Below, one piece after another: positions 38,609 through 52,037 of a stretch of DNA of 64,000 bases. A program made the translations under genes and the position numbers. The notes under the pieces were generated by a model. It made no database searches and was not told where the DNA came from. It saw nothing but the letters and a program-made list of their open reading frames with translations. Origin of the DNA: Nitrospinaceae bacterium (GTDB lineage: Bacteria > Nitrospinota > Nitrospinia > Nitrospinales > Nitrospinaceae); assembly GCA_965237905.1 (NCBI GenBank), contig OZ250172.1:3008001-3072000 (forward strand), in the 5' to 3' direction. Numbering within the stretch: position 1 is the stretch's first letter; every line of letters starts with the position of its first letter.

Positions 38609-39784
38609 ATGCGGCCAATATATTTGGATCACAATGCTACCACTCCCGTGGATGAGGAAGTTTTGGAAGCCATGCTTCCCAATTATCGGGACGCTTTCGG
38701 TAATCCCTCCAGCGCTCATACTCAGGGCCGGGCGGCTCGCGTTCGTTTGGACCTGGCCAGAGAGCAGGTGGCCGCGTTGATCGGCGCGCATCCCGCAGAA
38801 ATCACCTTCACCAGCGGAGGCACGGAATCGGATAATCTGGCCATCACCGGAACGGCACGTGCTTTCAAAGATAAGGGAAACCACATTATCACCAGCCGGG
38901 TGGAGCATCCGGCAGTTTTGAACACCTGCGAAGAATTGCGGAAAGAGGGCTTTACCATCGGTTACGTTCCAGTCGACTCCTATGGGCGAATCGATTGCGC
39001 CGCTTTGGCGGACATGATTACAGACGACACCATTTTGATCACCCTTCAGCATGGCAACAGTGAAGTGGGAACTCTACAACCCATTGAGGAAATCGGAGAA
39101 CTGGCCCGCGCCCGGGGAGTGTTGTTTCACACCGATGCCGTTCAGACGGTGAGCAAAATTGCAGTGGATACTCAAAATCTGCCTGTGGACCTGCTTTCCC
39201 TTTCTGCCCACAAGATGTATGGCCCCAAGGGAGTGGGAGCCCTTTACATCCGCCGGGGAACACCGCCTTTGGCTCCCCTGATCTCTGGCGGCGGTCAGGA
39301 AAAAAAGAGAAGGGGAGGGACGGAGAATGTTCCGGGGATCGTGGGTTTGGGAAAAGCGGCCAAAATCGCCCAGTTCCGGCTGGAGTCAGATCGATCCCAT
39401 GTTTCCGAACTCCGTAACGGCCTACGCCAGCAAATTGAATCACGTATCCCTAATGTTCGATTTTACGGTCATCCGGAATTTAATTTGCCCAATACCCTTT
39501 ATTTAGGGTTTGACGGTGTGGAAGGCCAGACTTTAATGATTCACCTGGATCTAGCGGGCATTTTTGTTTCCACCGGGACCGCCTGCAGTTCGGGGTCGAT
39601 TCTGCCCTCGGAGGTATTGGGAGCGATGGCTGTCCCGGAAAATGAAATGTTTCAAACCATTAGAATCAGCCTGGGCCGGGAAAACCGTCCAGAGGAAATG
39701 GAACGGGTGGCGGATGTTCTGGAGAAAGCCGTTTTAGAAATTCGTTCAAAAACCGGGTTTTCTGCAGGAGTTGCCCCCAAGTGA
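38609..39784 (+). CDS. iscS: Cysteine desulfurase (IscS/NifS type)
   Basis: 'IYLDHNATTP', 'FTSGGTESDN', 'HTDAVQ', 'SAHKMYGPKG', 'STGTACSSG'. Confidence 0.93.
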   Translation: MRPIYLDHNATTPVDEEVLEAMLPNYRDAFGNPSSAHTQGRAARVRLDLAREQVAALIGAHPAEITFTSGGTESDNLAITGTARAFKDKGNHIITSRVEHPAVLNTCEELRKEGFTIGYVPVDSYGRIDCAALADMITDDTILITLQHGNSEVGTLQPIEEIGELARARGVLFHTDAVQTVSKIAVDTQNLPVDLLSLSAHKMYGPKGVGALYIRRGTPPLAPLISGGGQEKKRRGGTENVPGIVGLGKAAKIAQFRLESDRSHVSELRNGLRQQIESRIPNVRFYGHPEFNLPNTLYLGFDGVEGQTLMIHLDLAGIFVSTGTACSSGSILPSEVLGAMAVPENEMFQTIRISLGRENRPEEMERVADVLEKAVLEIRSKTGFSAGVAPK

Positions 39785-39903
39785 TTGTATAACTCTGCAT
39801 AAATTGTTACAATTTCCAAGAATTTGCCGATAAGGTAAATAAAATTCATTGTTTCGGATGGGGTCCAAAAGAGAAGACCGTTTTCCATTTACTGGGGGAA
39901 GTC

Positions 39904-41040
39904 ATGTCATTCGTTAAGAATAGTTTCAAATTTGTCTCGGTGTCCATTTTCATTGCTTCGCTAGCCCTAACGGGGTGCAGTTCCTTGCCCTGGAGTGATG
40001 ATGAAGACGATGAGGATTTGTTTTTTGAAGAGGATTTCGGAAGCGAATTTGAATCCGAGTTAAAAGATGCGCCTCCCACCAAGAAAGAGGCCAGTAGAGA
40101 AAAAGAAGATGATTTCTTCAATGATGATAAAAAGCTGGCTCAATCCAAGCCGGTAGCGGAACCTAAACCCCGAGCCGTACCCGTTGCCCCGGACGCAGAA
40201 GATTTCTTTTTTGAGGATGAGCCGAAGGCTGAGCCCACTCCCAGACCTGCACCAAAACCCGCACCCAAACCGATGTCACAGCCGGCGGAAAAAATTGAAC
40301 AGGGAAGCGGTGTGATCAGTGCTGGAGGGGGTTTCGTCAGTGTGGATCAAAAAACCGATATGGAAGAATCCAAGGTGGATGTCGCCGCTCTGCACAGTCA
40401 GCAGGAAGAATTGATGTTCAGAGTGCAGGAGCTTCAGAAAATCGTGAACAATTTGGAACCACGGCTGACCGCAACGCAAGAGCGGGTCGATGCCTCGCTG
40501 TCCGCAGGGTCAGGATCTCACACAGTTAATGCGGAAATCCAATCCCTGAAATCGGAAGTGGTCAGGCTGAGAAATGAAATAGCGACTCTTAAAAAGACGC
40601 CGGTTCCTTCCAAACAGGCGAAGTTGATTCGAAAAGTCCGGCCGATGAAACGGTACCCAAAAATTTCCAAGGCACCGAAAAAGTATAATGAGGCATTGGC
40701 CGCGTATAAGGCCGGCAAATATGACAAATCAATTTTATTATTCCAGGAAATGAGTCTGAACAATCCTCCTCAAAACCTCAGAGATAATATTGTTTTCTGG
40801 ATGGGCAGTAATTATTTGAAGCTGGATATGTATGATGATGCCATCAAACAATACCAAACTGTGCTGACTCAGTATCCTGACGGCAACAAAGTCCACGATG
40901 CGCGTTACATGCTGGGGGTTAGCTATCAGAAAAAAGGTGATACCGGAAGAGCATTGGATGCTCTGGAAGTGGCACTGAAAAGCAATCCTCCCTCCGAGGT
41001 CCGTCAGAAGATTGAAAAGCAGTTGATGGAAATCAAGTAG
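39904..41040 (+). CDS. Lipoprotein with coiled coil and C-terminal TPR (CpoB/YbgF-like)
   Basis: Lipobox LTGC; acidic/Pro-rich linker; coiled coil; TPR 'YDDAIKQYQTVLTQYPDGNKVHDARYMLG'. Confidence 0.8.
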   Translation: MSFVKNSFKFVSVSIFIASLALTGCSSLPWSDDEDDEDLFFEEDFGSEFESELKDAPPTKKEASREKEDDFFNDDKKLAQSKPVAEPKPRAVPVAPDAEDFFFEDEPKAEPTPRPAPKPAPKPMSQPAEKIEQGSGVISAGGGFVSVDQKTDMEESKVDVAALHSQQEELMFRVQELQKIVNNLEPRLTATQERVDASLSAGSGSHTVNAEIQSLKSEVVRLRNEIATLKKTPVPSKQAKLIRKVRPMKRYPKISKAPKKYNEALAAYKAGKYDKSILLFQEMSLNNPPQNLRDNIVFWMGSNYLKLDMYDDAIKQYQTVLTQYPDGNKVHDARYMLGVSYQKKGDTGRALDALEVALKSNPPSEVRQKIEKQLMEIK

Positions 41041-41099
41041 CTTCGGTTTCCGATTCCTTTACTTTCCAACCCCAGGCTTGAAAGCCAACAGGTCTCTCC

Positions 41100-42263
41100 A
41101 TGAAAGTGGCGCTGGTTCACGATTGGTTGACCGGTATGCGGGGAGGCGAACGGTGTCTCGAGGTGTTCTGCGAATTGTTCCCGGATGCCGACCTTTTTAC
41201 CCTTGTGCATATTCCCGGCAACGTCTCCCCCCGAATTGAGTCCATGCGGATTCACACCTCTTTTTTGCAAAACCTTCCGGGTATTGAAAAGTATTATCGT
41301 TATTATCTGCCATTGATGCCCTGGGCTATCGGTACTTTTAATCTCAATGGTTATGATTTGATTTTGAGCAGTAGTCACTGTGTTGCCAAGGGAGTTCGCG
41401 TCACCGGCGGGGGCACGCATATTTGTTATTGTTTTACGCCGATGCGATATATTTGGGACCAGTTTGATATTTATTTTTCTGGAAGGGGCCGGTGGATTCA
41501 ATCCTTCTTCATGCGACTTCTGCGTCCGTTCCTGAAAAATTGGGACGTCCGATCCAACCGCGGAGTACATCAGTTGATTGCTATCTCCCGGCATATTCAA
41601 AAAAAGATTGAGAAGTACTATCAAAGAGAGTCTACAGTTATTGCGCCTCCGGTGAATACCCGTTTTTTTTCACCCAACAACGAGCCGCGGGAGGATTTTT
41701 TTCTCATCGTGGGTGCGCTATCCCCCTATAAACGTGTCGATTTAGCAGTTGAAGCCTTTAATGAATTAGGATATCCTCTCAAGATTATTGGGGCGGGTCC
41801 GGAAATGCCCTATCTCCGCACGATTGCCGCCTCTAATATTCAGTTCTTAGGAAGGATTACTGACCAGCAGGTCCGGTCCCATTATGCTCGTTGCCGTGCG
41901 TTGGTATTTCCCGGGGAAGAGGACTTCGGGATTGTCCCTCTGGAGGCTCAAGCCATGGGTTGTCCGGTCATTGCCCTCGGCAAAGGCGGGGCGCTGGAAA
42001 CGGTGATCCCTGAATCCGGTTCATGGAAACCACAGACCGGTATCCCTGAAGAAAAGACCCAGAAGCCCACAGGATTATTTTTTTATCAAACGGAAAAGGA
42101 AAACCTTTGTCAGGCGATTGAACATTTTCATAGCGTTGAAACCGGATTCGATGCCAATGCAATCCGGGAACATGCCCTGAAATTTGATCTGGATCAGTTC
42201 CAATACCGAATTCGAATATTTATTCAAGAGTATTTAAAGAAATCCCATGCTGAAAAAATATAG
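41100..42263 (+). CDS. Glycosyltransferase family 4 (WbaZ-like)
   Basis: 'ALVHDWLTGMRGGE', 'TPMRYIWD', 'EEDFGIVPLEAQA'. Confidence 0.92.
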   Translation: MKVALVHDWLTGMRGGERCLEVFCELFPDADLFTLVHIPGNVSPRIESMRIHTSFLQNLPGIEKYYRYYLPLMPWAIGTFNLNGYDLILSSSHCVAKGVRVTGGGTHICYCFTPMRYIWDQFDIYFSGRGRWIQSFFMRLLRPFLKNWDVRSNRGVHQLIAISRHIQKKIEKYYQRESTVIAPPVNTRFFSPNNEPREDFFLIVGALSPYKRVDLAVEAFNELGYPLKIIGAGPEMPYLRTIAASNIQFLGRITDQQVRSHYARCRALVFPGEEDFGIVPLEAQAMGCPVIALGKGGALETVIPESGSWKPQTGIPEEKTQKPTGLFFYQTEKENLCQAIEHFHSVETGFDANAIREHALKFDLDQFQYRIRIFIQEYLKKSHAEKI

Positions 42264-43649
42264 TCAGCTATTTCTATCCGCCCTCGTCATTTCCGACAGT
42301 CTGGTTATTCTGTCTTCCTGGATCGGTGCCTATTATTTGCGGTTTCACTCCGGTTGGATCTCCTTGCCCAATGAAATTCCCCTCATTGAACAGTATCAGG
42401 TTTTATTGTTACCCGTTTTGATCCTATTTTTATTCAATTTTAAAGTGGTGGGGTTGTATCAACCTTTGCGGGGCAAATCCCTGTGGGTGGATTGTTACAA
42501 TATCATTAAGGCCAACACCATTTCGGTATTGATTCTCTCCGCATTGCTTTTCTTTTATCGGGAGGAAAGCTATTCCCGCATAGTGGTGGGGATATTCTGG
42601 TTGATCGCCACTTTTTTGCTGGTGGCTTCCCATATGTTGATTCGAAATATTTTAGTGGTCCTTCGGCGAAGAGGAGAGAACCTCCGTTTTGTTCTGATTG
42701 CAGGCGCCGGAGAGTTGGGACGGGAAGTGGCGAAGCGAATCGACCTTCATCCGGAAATGGGATTTAAGATAGTCGGGTTTTTGACCCTCCAGGAAAAAAA
42801 GTGGGAACGCTGATAGACGGGTATCCCGTATTGGGACTGCTGGACGATGTTTCAGAGTGCATCAAGGAGCATGGGGTGGATAAATTGTTTATTACCCTGC
42901 CTATGAAATCCCAGGACCATATGGAGAGGGTGTTGTTCAACCTTGGCGAAGAATCGGTGGATATCAAAGTGGTTCCGGATTTATTGCAATATATGAGCCT
43001 GAGCGGAGGTGTGGATAATTTCGACGGCCTGCCCATTGTCAATTTAACTGAATCCCCGCTTTACGGTTGGAACCGGGTTTTCAAACGCGCCACTGATATT
43101 GTGATTTCCTTCTTGGCTATCGTTATTGCCAGCCCGGTGCTGATTTTAATTGCTCTATTAATCAAGTTGGGATCCCGCGGGCCGGTATTTTTTGTCCAGG
43201 AACGTCTCGGTTTGGACCGAAAAGTTTTCAAGATGTACAAATTTCGTTCCATGAGAATGAGGGCGGAGTCCCATTCCGGTCCGGTATGGACGAAAGAAAA
43301 TGATGATCGCCGAACCCGACTGGGAGTTCTGCTTCGTAAAACAAGTCTGGATGAATTGCCGCAGTTTTTTAACGTTTTGACCGGGGACATGAGTCTGGTG
43401 GGTCCCAGGCCGGAGCGGCCGGTTTTTGTCGAGGATTTTAAAAAGTCGGTTCCTCATTACATGTTGCGGTTGAAAATGAAGGCGGGCATTACCGGGTGGG
43501 CACAGGTCAATGGTTGGCGGGGAAACACCAGCCTGGAAAAACGGATCGAACACGATCTATATTATATTAAACACTGGTCCTTGCTTTTTGACATCAAAAT
43601 CTTAATCAAGACCCTCTGGAATGGATTGATCAACCGGCATGCCTACTGA
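42247..43649 (+). CDS. wcaJ: Undecaprenyl-phosphate sugar-1-phosphate transferase (WcaJ/WbaP-like), split by a -1 frameshift at about 42794-42801
   Basis: 5' ORF 42247-42813 has the TM domain and 'VLIAGAGELG'; 3' ORF 42801-43649 has 'KR..DI', 'KFRSM', 'LDELPQ.FNVL.GDMSLVGPRPE', 'GITGWAQVNG'. Confidence 0.85.
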
Positions 43650-44418
43650 GTCCAAGGTGGTCGCCATTATCCCCGCCCGTTGGGCATCGACCCGGTTTCC
43701 GGGCAAGCCTCTGGCTCAAATCAAAAACAAACCCATGATCCAATGGGTGGTGGAGCAGGCCCAAAAGGCTTCCCGGGTGTCGGAAGTTATTGTGGCAACG
43801 GACGATGACCGGATTTTGGATGCAGTGATCGGGTTCGGTGGCAAAGCGGTTATGACCTCTCAAGATCATGCTACCGGATCGGACCGTATTGCGGAGGTGG
43901 CATCCGAGCTGAATTGTGATATTGTAGTCAATATTCAGGGAGATGAGCCTCTTATACCTCCTGAAAATATTGATCAGGTAATCGACTGCCTCGATAAGAA
44001 TCCCACTTTGAACGTAGCGACGTTGATGATGGCTGTTCATGAATCGGATGAAATCATCGATCCCAATGTGGTCAAAGTGGTTACGGATCAAAAGGGGAGA
44101 GCACTCTATTTTTCCCGATCCGCTATTCCCTTTCACCGCGACGAATGGAAGAATGGGTTGCCAGAAAGTATTTCAAGAGTCAAAGAAGAAGGGGTGAACC
44201 GGGTTTTCAAACATATTGGGCTTTACGCGTATACCCGGTCGTTCCTGTTGAAATTTACCCAAATGAATCCCACCCCCATCGAGCAGTTGGAAAAACTGGA
44301 GCAACTTCGAATTCTTGAACATGGATATCCTATCCAGGTGGAGATTACTGATAAAATATCTATAGGTGTTGACCGGATTGAAGATTTGCAAAAAATCGAA
44401 AAGTTTCTCGGAAAATAG
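43639..44418 (+). CDS. kdsB: 3-deoxy-manno-octulosonate cytidylyltransferase
   Basis: 'IIPARWASTRFPGKPL', 'NIQGDEP', 'ALYFSR', 'EKLEQLR'. Confidence 0.97.
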   Translation: MPTESKVVAIIPARWASTRFPGKPLAQIKNKPMIQWVVEQAQKASRVSEVIVATDDDRILDAVIGFGGKAVMTSQDHATGSDRIAEVASELNCDIVVNIQGDEPLIPPENIDQVIDCLDKNPTLNVATLMMAVHESDEIIDPNVVKVVTDQKGRALYFSRSAIPFHRDEWKNGLPESISRVKEEGVNRVFKHIGLYAYTRSFLLKFTQMNPTPIEQLEKLEQLRILEHGYPIQVEITDKISIGVDRIEDLQKIEKFLGK

Positions 44419-44452
44419 AATCCGAACTAATCTTTTCAATAGATACGGATGA

Positions 44453-47196
<2,744 letters not shown>

Positions 47197-47303
47197 GGCG
47201 ACACCTCCTCAGTTTCTTATAGGGAGATTTCTGAAATGCGCCGATAGTTTCCTTATACGGGAGTTTTTTTAAAAATGAAAGCCTAAACTGATTCCTGCGA
47301 GGA

Positions 47304-47756
47304 CTAGCCTTGTGCCAAACCTTTGATGATGTCCAGCTTGCCGATTATTCCAAGTATCTTTTTGCCATCCACCACTGGGATCGAATGGACACTTTTTTCG
47401 GCCATTAGTGAGGCTATCTCATGGACGCCGGCATCTGGCGAAACGGTTACCACATTGGAAGTGTAAATATCTTTAACCTGGGTCGCGTTGTAACGCTTCA
47501 CTTCCGCCTCGAATTTTTTACCGCTCTCCAGATAAATAACGGCATCGAATAAGGCGATCACTGTAGGAATATGAAGGTTTTTGCTTTGCTCGATCAGATT
47601 TTTTTCAGTGACGATACCGATCAGTTGGCCATCCTCGTCCACCACGGGAAAACCATTTACTTTATGTTGGATGAACAGGTCTGATAATCTCTTGATGGCG
47701 GTATCTTGAGTGACTGTAATCACTTCCTCCGTCATAATCTCTTTGGCTGTAATCAT
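47304..47756 (-). CDS. CBS-domain protein
   Basis: 'AKEIMT..VITV', 'GFPVVD...LIGIVTE', 'IPVVD...GII'. Confidence 0.92.
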   Translation of the reverse strand: MITAKEIMTEEVITVTQDTAIKRLSDLFIQHKVNGFPVVDEDGQLIGIVTEKNLIEQSKNLHIPTVIALFDAVIYLESGKKFEAEVKRYNATQVKDIYTSNVVTVSPDAGVHEIASLMAEKSVHSIPVVDGKKILGIIGKLDIIKGLAQG

Positions 47757-47764
47757 TTAAGACC

Positions 47765-48985
47765 TCAATCTGGATTCCTGGAGCGGTTGTTTGTTTCTGA
47801 ATGGATTTCGGTGCGACTGAATTTTTTCAGCAGATATTCCCAAAATAGGGCAATCAGTTCGTTAATTTTATTAAAGGTTCTGAAGGGGATTTCCTTTTGA
47901 GTTTTATAGCTAACGTAAATGGTAAAAATCAACAAGACGATGTTGGGGATCCACACCGAAAAATAAGGATTGATCCTTCCACTGCGGCCAAAGTTCTGCA
48001 GAAGTACCAAGCCTACGTAATACATCAAGATAATGAGGATTGCAAAAATAAATCCTCCGGATTTTCCGGATCGTCGGGAAGTGATGCCAAGCGGAACCCC
48101 CAGGATTCCAAAAAGAATACAGGTGAGCGGGATAGAGAACCGCTTGCTCAATTCAACCTTTTCGATATTGTCCTGCCATTTTATTTTTTCATTTTCTTTG
48201 ATTCGTTGTTGCAGTTCGGAAACAGACATTTCCCTGGGTTTCAGGATTTGTTTTTTCTTGAGTTGGTCGGTTCCGGGGATATCCAGGGTCAAATCGTACC
48301 GATCAAACTTCATAATTTGATAATCTTCGCCTTGCTTGGCCAGGTCATGGATGGATCCGTTTCTCAATTGGAGTTGGATTCTGAAGTTGGCCGGGTCGGT
48401 CAGAATAAAGCCCTGCTCGGAGAGAATGATTTTGGTCGACCCTTTAAAAGAACTGTCGGCAATAAAAACTCCTTTGAAACCATTCTGGCCGTTCTTTTCT
48501 TTGACCATCAATACCATATTGTCAAAGTCTCGGTTGAATACGTTGGGTTTGATGTCAATGTTGGCTCGGGTTTTTACAATATCAAAAATCATCTGCTTCA
48601 AAGCCTGGTTGCCCACGGGAAGCGCATAAAAAATGATCGCATTGGTCGCAATGTAAGCCAGAAAGGAAAACAGAAGGATAGGGCGGAGAAGATACGTAAA
48701 ACTCCAGCCGCAGGATTTCATGACGACTAATTCGTTGTCACCTGAGAACTGGTTGAAAGTCACCACCGCGGCCACCAAAACGCTGATTGGAATGGTGATC
48801 GATAGAAATATCGGTGAAATGTAGAGAACCATTCGGCCCACTTCAAGCATCGTCAGACCCCGGTTGAGGATCAGGTCTGTCATGAACATAGCCTTGTCAA
48901 GAAACATGACCATGGTCAAAAACATGGTGCTCAGGGCGAAAATTTTAAGGGTTTCCGTGAAAATATAGCGGTGGATGATTTTCAT
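47765..48985 (-). CDS. lptF: LPS export ABC permease LptF
   Basis: 'IIHRYIF.E', 'DNELVVMKSCG', 'RFSIPL.C..F..LGVPLG', 'WIPN'. Confidence 0.88.
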   Translation of the reverse strand: MKIIHRYIFTETLKIFALSTMFLTMVMFLDKAMFMTDLILNRGLTMLEVGRMVLYISPIFLSITIPISVLVAAVVTFNQFSGDNELVVMKSCGWSFTYLLRPILLFSFLAYIATNAIIFYALPVGNQALKQMIFDIVKTRANIDIKPNVFNRDFDNMVLMVKEKNGQNGFKGVFIADSSFKGSTKIILSEQGFILTDPANFRIQLQLRNGSIHDLAKQGEDYQIMKFDRYDLTLDIPGTDQLKKKQILKPREMSVSELQQRIKENEKIKWQDNIEKVELSKRFSIPLTCILFGILGVPLGITSRRSGKSGGFIFAILIILMYYVGLVLLQNFGRSGRINPYFSVWIPNIVLLIFTIYVSYKTQKEIPFRTFNKINELIALFWEYLLKKFSRTEIHSETNNRSRNPD

Positions 48986-49110
48986 GAATGCTGGTAGAAT
49001 CCCGGTGGTTAAAACCCCCGCGCTTTTTATTAGGGTGGCAGGTCTTTTGAGTCCCTCGAATCAATTTATCTTATCATTATACTATTTATCCATCGGCTCT
49101 GTTCAGGAAA

Positions 49111-50004
49111 ATGGTGTTGAAGAAACCTCCGCGCTCTCTTAATTCACGCAGTCGGCTCCCCGCCTGGTTGAAAACGTCTTTGCCTTCCGGTGAAAATTTT
49201 TTTCGCCTGCGCTCGTTAGTCCGGAAGCACCAACTGCATACCGTATGCGAATCGGCTTCCTGTCCCAATATCGGCGAATGTTGGGGAAAGGGTACGTTGA
49301 CACTGATGATCCTGGGAGATCATTGCTCTCGCGCCTGCCGGTTTTGCGACGTTGCCACCGGTCAGATGTTGCCTCCCGATGACAAGGAGCCCCGACAGGT
49401 GGCGGAGATGCTTTCCCGTTTGAGCCTGAGTTATGTAGTCATCACTTCCGTGGACCGGGATGATTTGCCCGATGGCGGAGCCAGCCATTGGGCCGAAACT
49501 CTTCAGCAGATTCGTAAACTGTGCCCTGATCTCGGAGTCGAGGCCTTGGTGCCTGATTTCAAAGCGGAAGCATCCCTGATCGAAAAGGTCTGTGCCGCAC
49601 AGCCGGATGTGTTCGCGCACAATATCGAAACGGTGGAATCCTTGCAAAAACGTGTTCGTCCACAATGCCGTTACGATTGGTCCCTGAAGACTCTGACCGT
49701 TGCGGCCCGCCAATTTGGGATGATCACCAAGAGCAGTATGATGCTGGGTCATGGCGAAACCCGGCAGGAAGTGGTTCAAACCATGACGGATCTCCGGAAA
49801 ACGGGATGCCGGATGTTGTCCATCGGCCAATACCTTCAGCCCTCACGATCCCATCTCGAAGTCAGGGAATATGTCCACCCCGATGTGTTTGCCGAGTACA
49901 AACAAATCGGAGAAGATATGGGATTTGATCATGTGGAGTCCGGTCCGCTGGTCCGCAGTTCATTCCGTGCCGATCAACAAGCCAATGCCGCGGGGATTGT
50001 TTAG
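49111..50004 (+). CDS. lipA: Lipoyl synthase
   Basis: CxxxxCxxxxxC ('CESASCPNIGEC'), 'CSRACRFC', 'SGPLVRSS'. Confidence 0.97.
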   Translation: MVLKKPPRSLNSRSRLPAWLKTSLPSGENFFRLRSLVRKHQLHTVCESASCPNIGECWGKGTLTLMILGDHCSRACRFCDVATGQMLPPDDKEPRQVAEMLSRLSLSYVVITSVDRDDLPDGGASHWAETLQQIRKLCPDLGVEALVPDFKAEASLIEKVCAAQPDVFAHNIETVESLQKRVRPQCRYDWSLKTLTVAARQFGMITKSSMMLGHGETRQEVVQTMTDLRKTGCRMLSIGQYLQPSRSHLEVREYVHPDVFAEYKQIGEDMGFDHVESGPLVRSSFRADQQANAAGIV

Positions 50005-51140
50005 ATCTTATGGCTTATCATCTGTTGAATCTGCTCCATCCAACCTGTGCCCCAATCGAAGACATACCGGTTGCCATCCGCTTTGGTTTGTCTTAATAAA
50101 TCGCTGTAATAACTTTCATCCTCGATACACCGGTTTATTTTTTGGATCAGCTCGTGCGTTTCATGGGGACTGAAATGTTGTTCAGGATTGCGGATCACTT
50201 CCATGTTTTCCGGAATGGCGCTCACCAAACAAGGCATTTTGCAGGTGGTCGCTTCCAAAAGAGATTCGGACATACCTTCCCGTAAAGAGGGGAACGCAAA
50301 TAAATCCGATCCCTGGAGCAGACTCCGGGGATCGTCCCGCCACCCGGTGAAAATAACACGTTCCGCAATTCCTAAAGCCCGCGCGACCTTCTTCAGATGG
50401 GAGCGTTGGCCGCCGGCTCCGATCAGCACCAAAACCGCTCGTTCGGAATTCACATGCGAAAATGCGGCGATCAAAAATTCCAGATTTTTATGAGGCTCAA
50501 AAATACTGGTGTTGGCGATGATGAAGGCGTCATCCGCCAGCTGCAACTCTTGGATGACCTTTTGGCGTTGTTCTTCTTTTTTGAATGGTGGCGCATCAAC
50601 GTGATTCGTATGCACCGCAACCTTTTCGTCATCCAACTGGTAGCGCTGAATCCAGGAGTTGCGACAGGACTCGGAGTTGGCGATCATCCGGTCTGACCAT
50701 CGGACACCCCATCGCTCCAGAATATTTTCCAGTTTATTAAGAGATTGGTAGTCTTCATGGCAATCAGTGGTGAACTGGGGTTTGGTCCATAAAAGAGTCA
50801 CCATGGGTGTTCTGCGCAACCATTTAACCGGCCCGCTGATCCAGGCATAGACCGGAGTGGCGGCAGAGATGAGATGGAATTTATGGCGCAATCCCAAAAT
50901 CAGTGCATGCAAGGGTGCCGTTGTGAAAAACCAGGCCCAGAAAAATAATCCCGAATGCTTTTGAAAAGGACAGAGGAGTATATGAGGAATCAAATTTTCG
51001 TCGTGATAGGGATAAGGTTCCACCGCGATGTAATGCACCTGCCAGCCCGCTTTCAGATAAGCCTCGACCTTGAGGCGAAATCGTTTGCAGAATCCACCCC
51101 GCCGGTGTTTGTAGTAAATGGTTAATACTTTGAGTGTCAT
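50001..51140 (-). CDS. Glycosyltransferase family 4
   Basis: 'LVLIGAG', 'FTGWRDD', 'FPSLREGMSESLLEA'. Confidence 0.88.
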   Translation of the reverse strand: MTLKVLTIYYKHRRGGFCKRFRLKVEAYLKAGWQVHYIAVEPYPYHDENLIPHILLCPFQKHSGLFFWAWFFTTAPLHALILGLRHKFHLISAATPVYAWISGPVKWLRRTPMVTLLWTKPQFTTDCHEDYQSLNKLENILERWGVRWSDRMIANSESCRNSWIQRYQLDDEKVAVHTNHVDAPPFKKEEQRQKVIQELQLADDAFIIANTSIFEPHKNLEFLIAAFSHVNSERAVLVLIGAGGQRSHLKKVARALGIAERVIFTGWRDDPRSLLQGSDLFAFPSLREGMSESLLEATTCKMPCLVSAIPENMEVIRNPEQHFSPHETHELIQKINRCIEDESYYSDLLRQTKADGNRYVFDWGTGWMEQIQQMISHKI

Positions 51141-51170
51141 ATGTACGGATGAACGATGGGTGATCGAGGG

Positions 51171-52037
51171 TTATTTGATTTTGCTCAAGCCCAGGGTTTC
51201 CCGGATCAGGTTTTTTACGACAAAAATAATATTCTCTTTTCTTTCCGCCAGCCGTCTCAAGGTATAAGGAAGCCAAGCCTTGCCGTAGGGAACGTATATC
51301 CGAACCTGATATCCCTTATCCAAAAGCACCTGCTGGATATCCCGCCGCACCCCATACAGTAATTCAAAATAGAAGGAATCGCGGGAAATATTTTCCTTTT
51401 CGATGAATGCGCTGATTTGCTCGATCAGGATTTCATCGTGGGTGGCGATGGCGGGCAGGTTTCCTTCTTTGAGAAGACGGAAAGCCTGCTTCAAAAAGTT
51501 TTCTCGGATTTCGTCCATCGATTGATAAGCGATGGTCTGCGGCTCTTTGTATGCCCCCTTGCACAGCCGGGTGGCAACCCCTTGCTCGATGACCGATTGA
51601 ATATCCTGGTCGGTCCGGCGTAAATAGGCCTGCAATACCACTCCCAGGTTCTTATGGGTTTTCTGGAGTTCGAGACCCAACTTCAAGGTTCGCTCGGTTA
51701 AGTCCGAACCTTCCATATCAAACCGGATGGTGTGATGACCCGCCGCGTCAATCAAATCCCCCACATTTTTTTTACAGAGATCGTAGCTGATGTCCATTCC
51801 CAGAGCGCTGACCTTGGCGGAAATGTCAACGGGACGATGAAAGGTTTCGATGTCTTTCAGTAGAGCCAGATACTCGTTTCTCGCCGCGATTGCCTGGTCC
51901 TCGGTATGAACACTTTCACCCAGGACATCCACCGTGCAGAGGAACCCCTGATCGTACAGGGATTTGATGTTCTTGAGCGCCGTTGCCCGGTCGCCCCCGG
52001 CGATAAACCGTTTGGCAAATGGATATAGAATACGCAT
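51171..52037 (-). CDS. Monofunctional proline dehydrogenase
   Basis: 'RFIAG', 'DVLGE', 'FDME', 'LQAYL.R', 'RLCKGAY.E', 'IATHD', 'YVPYG..W.PY..RRLAER'. Confidence 0.93.
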   Translation of the reverse strand: MRILYPFAKRFIAGGDRATALKNIKSLYDQGFLCTVDVLGESVHTEDQAIAARNEYLALLKDIETFHRPVDISAKVSALGMDISYDLCKKNVGDLIDAAGHHTIRFDMEGSDLTERTLKLGLELQKTHKNLGVVLQAYLRRTDQDIQSVIEQGVATRLCKGAYKEPQTIAYQSMDEIRENFLKQAFRLLKEGNLPAIATHDEILIEQISAFIEKENISRDSFYFELLYGVRRDIQQVLLDKGYQVRIYVPYGKAWLPYTLRRLAERKENIIFVVKNLIRETLGLSKIK

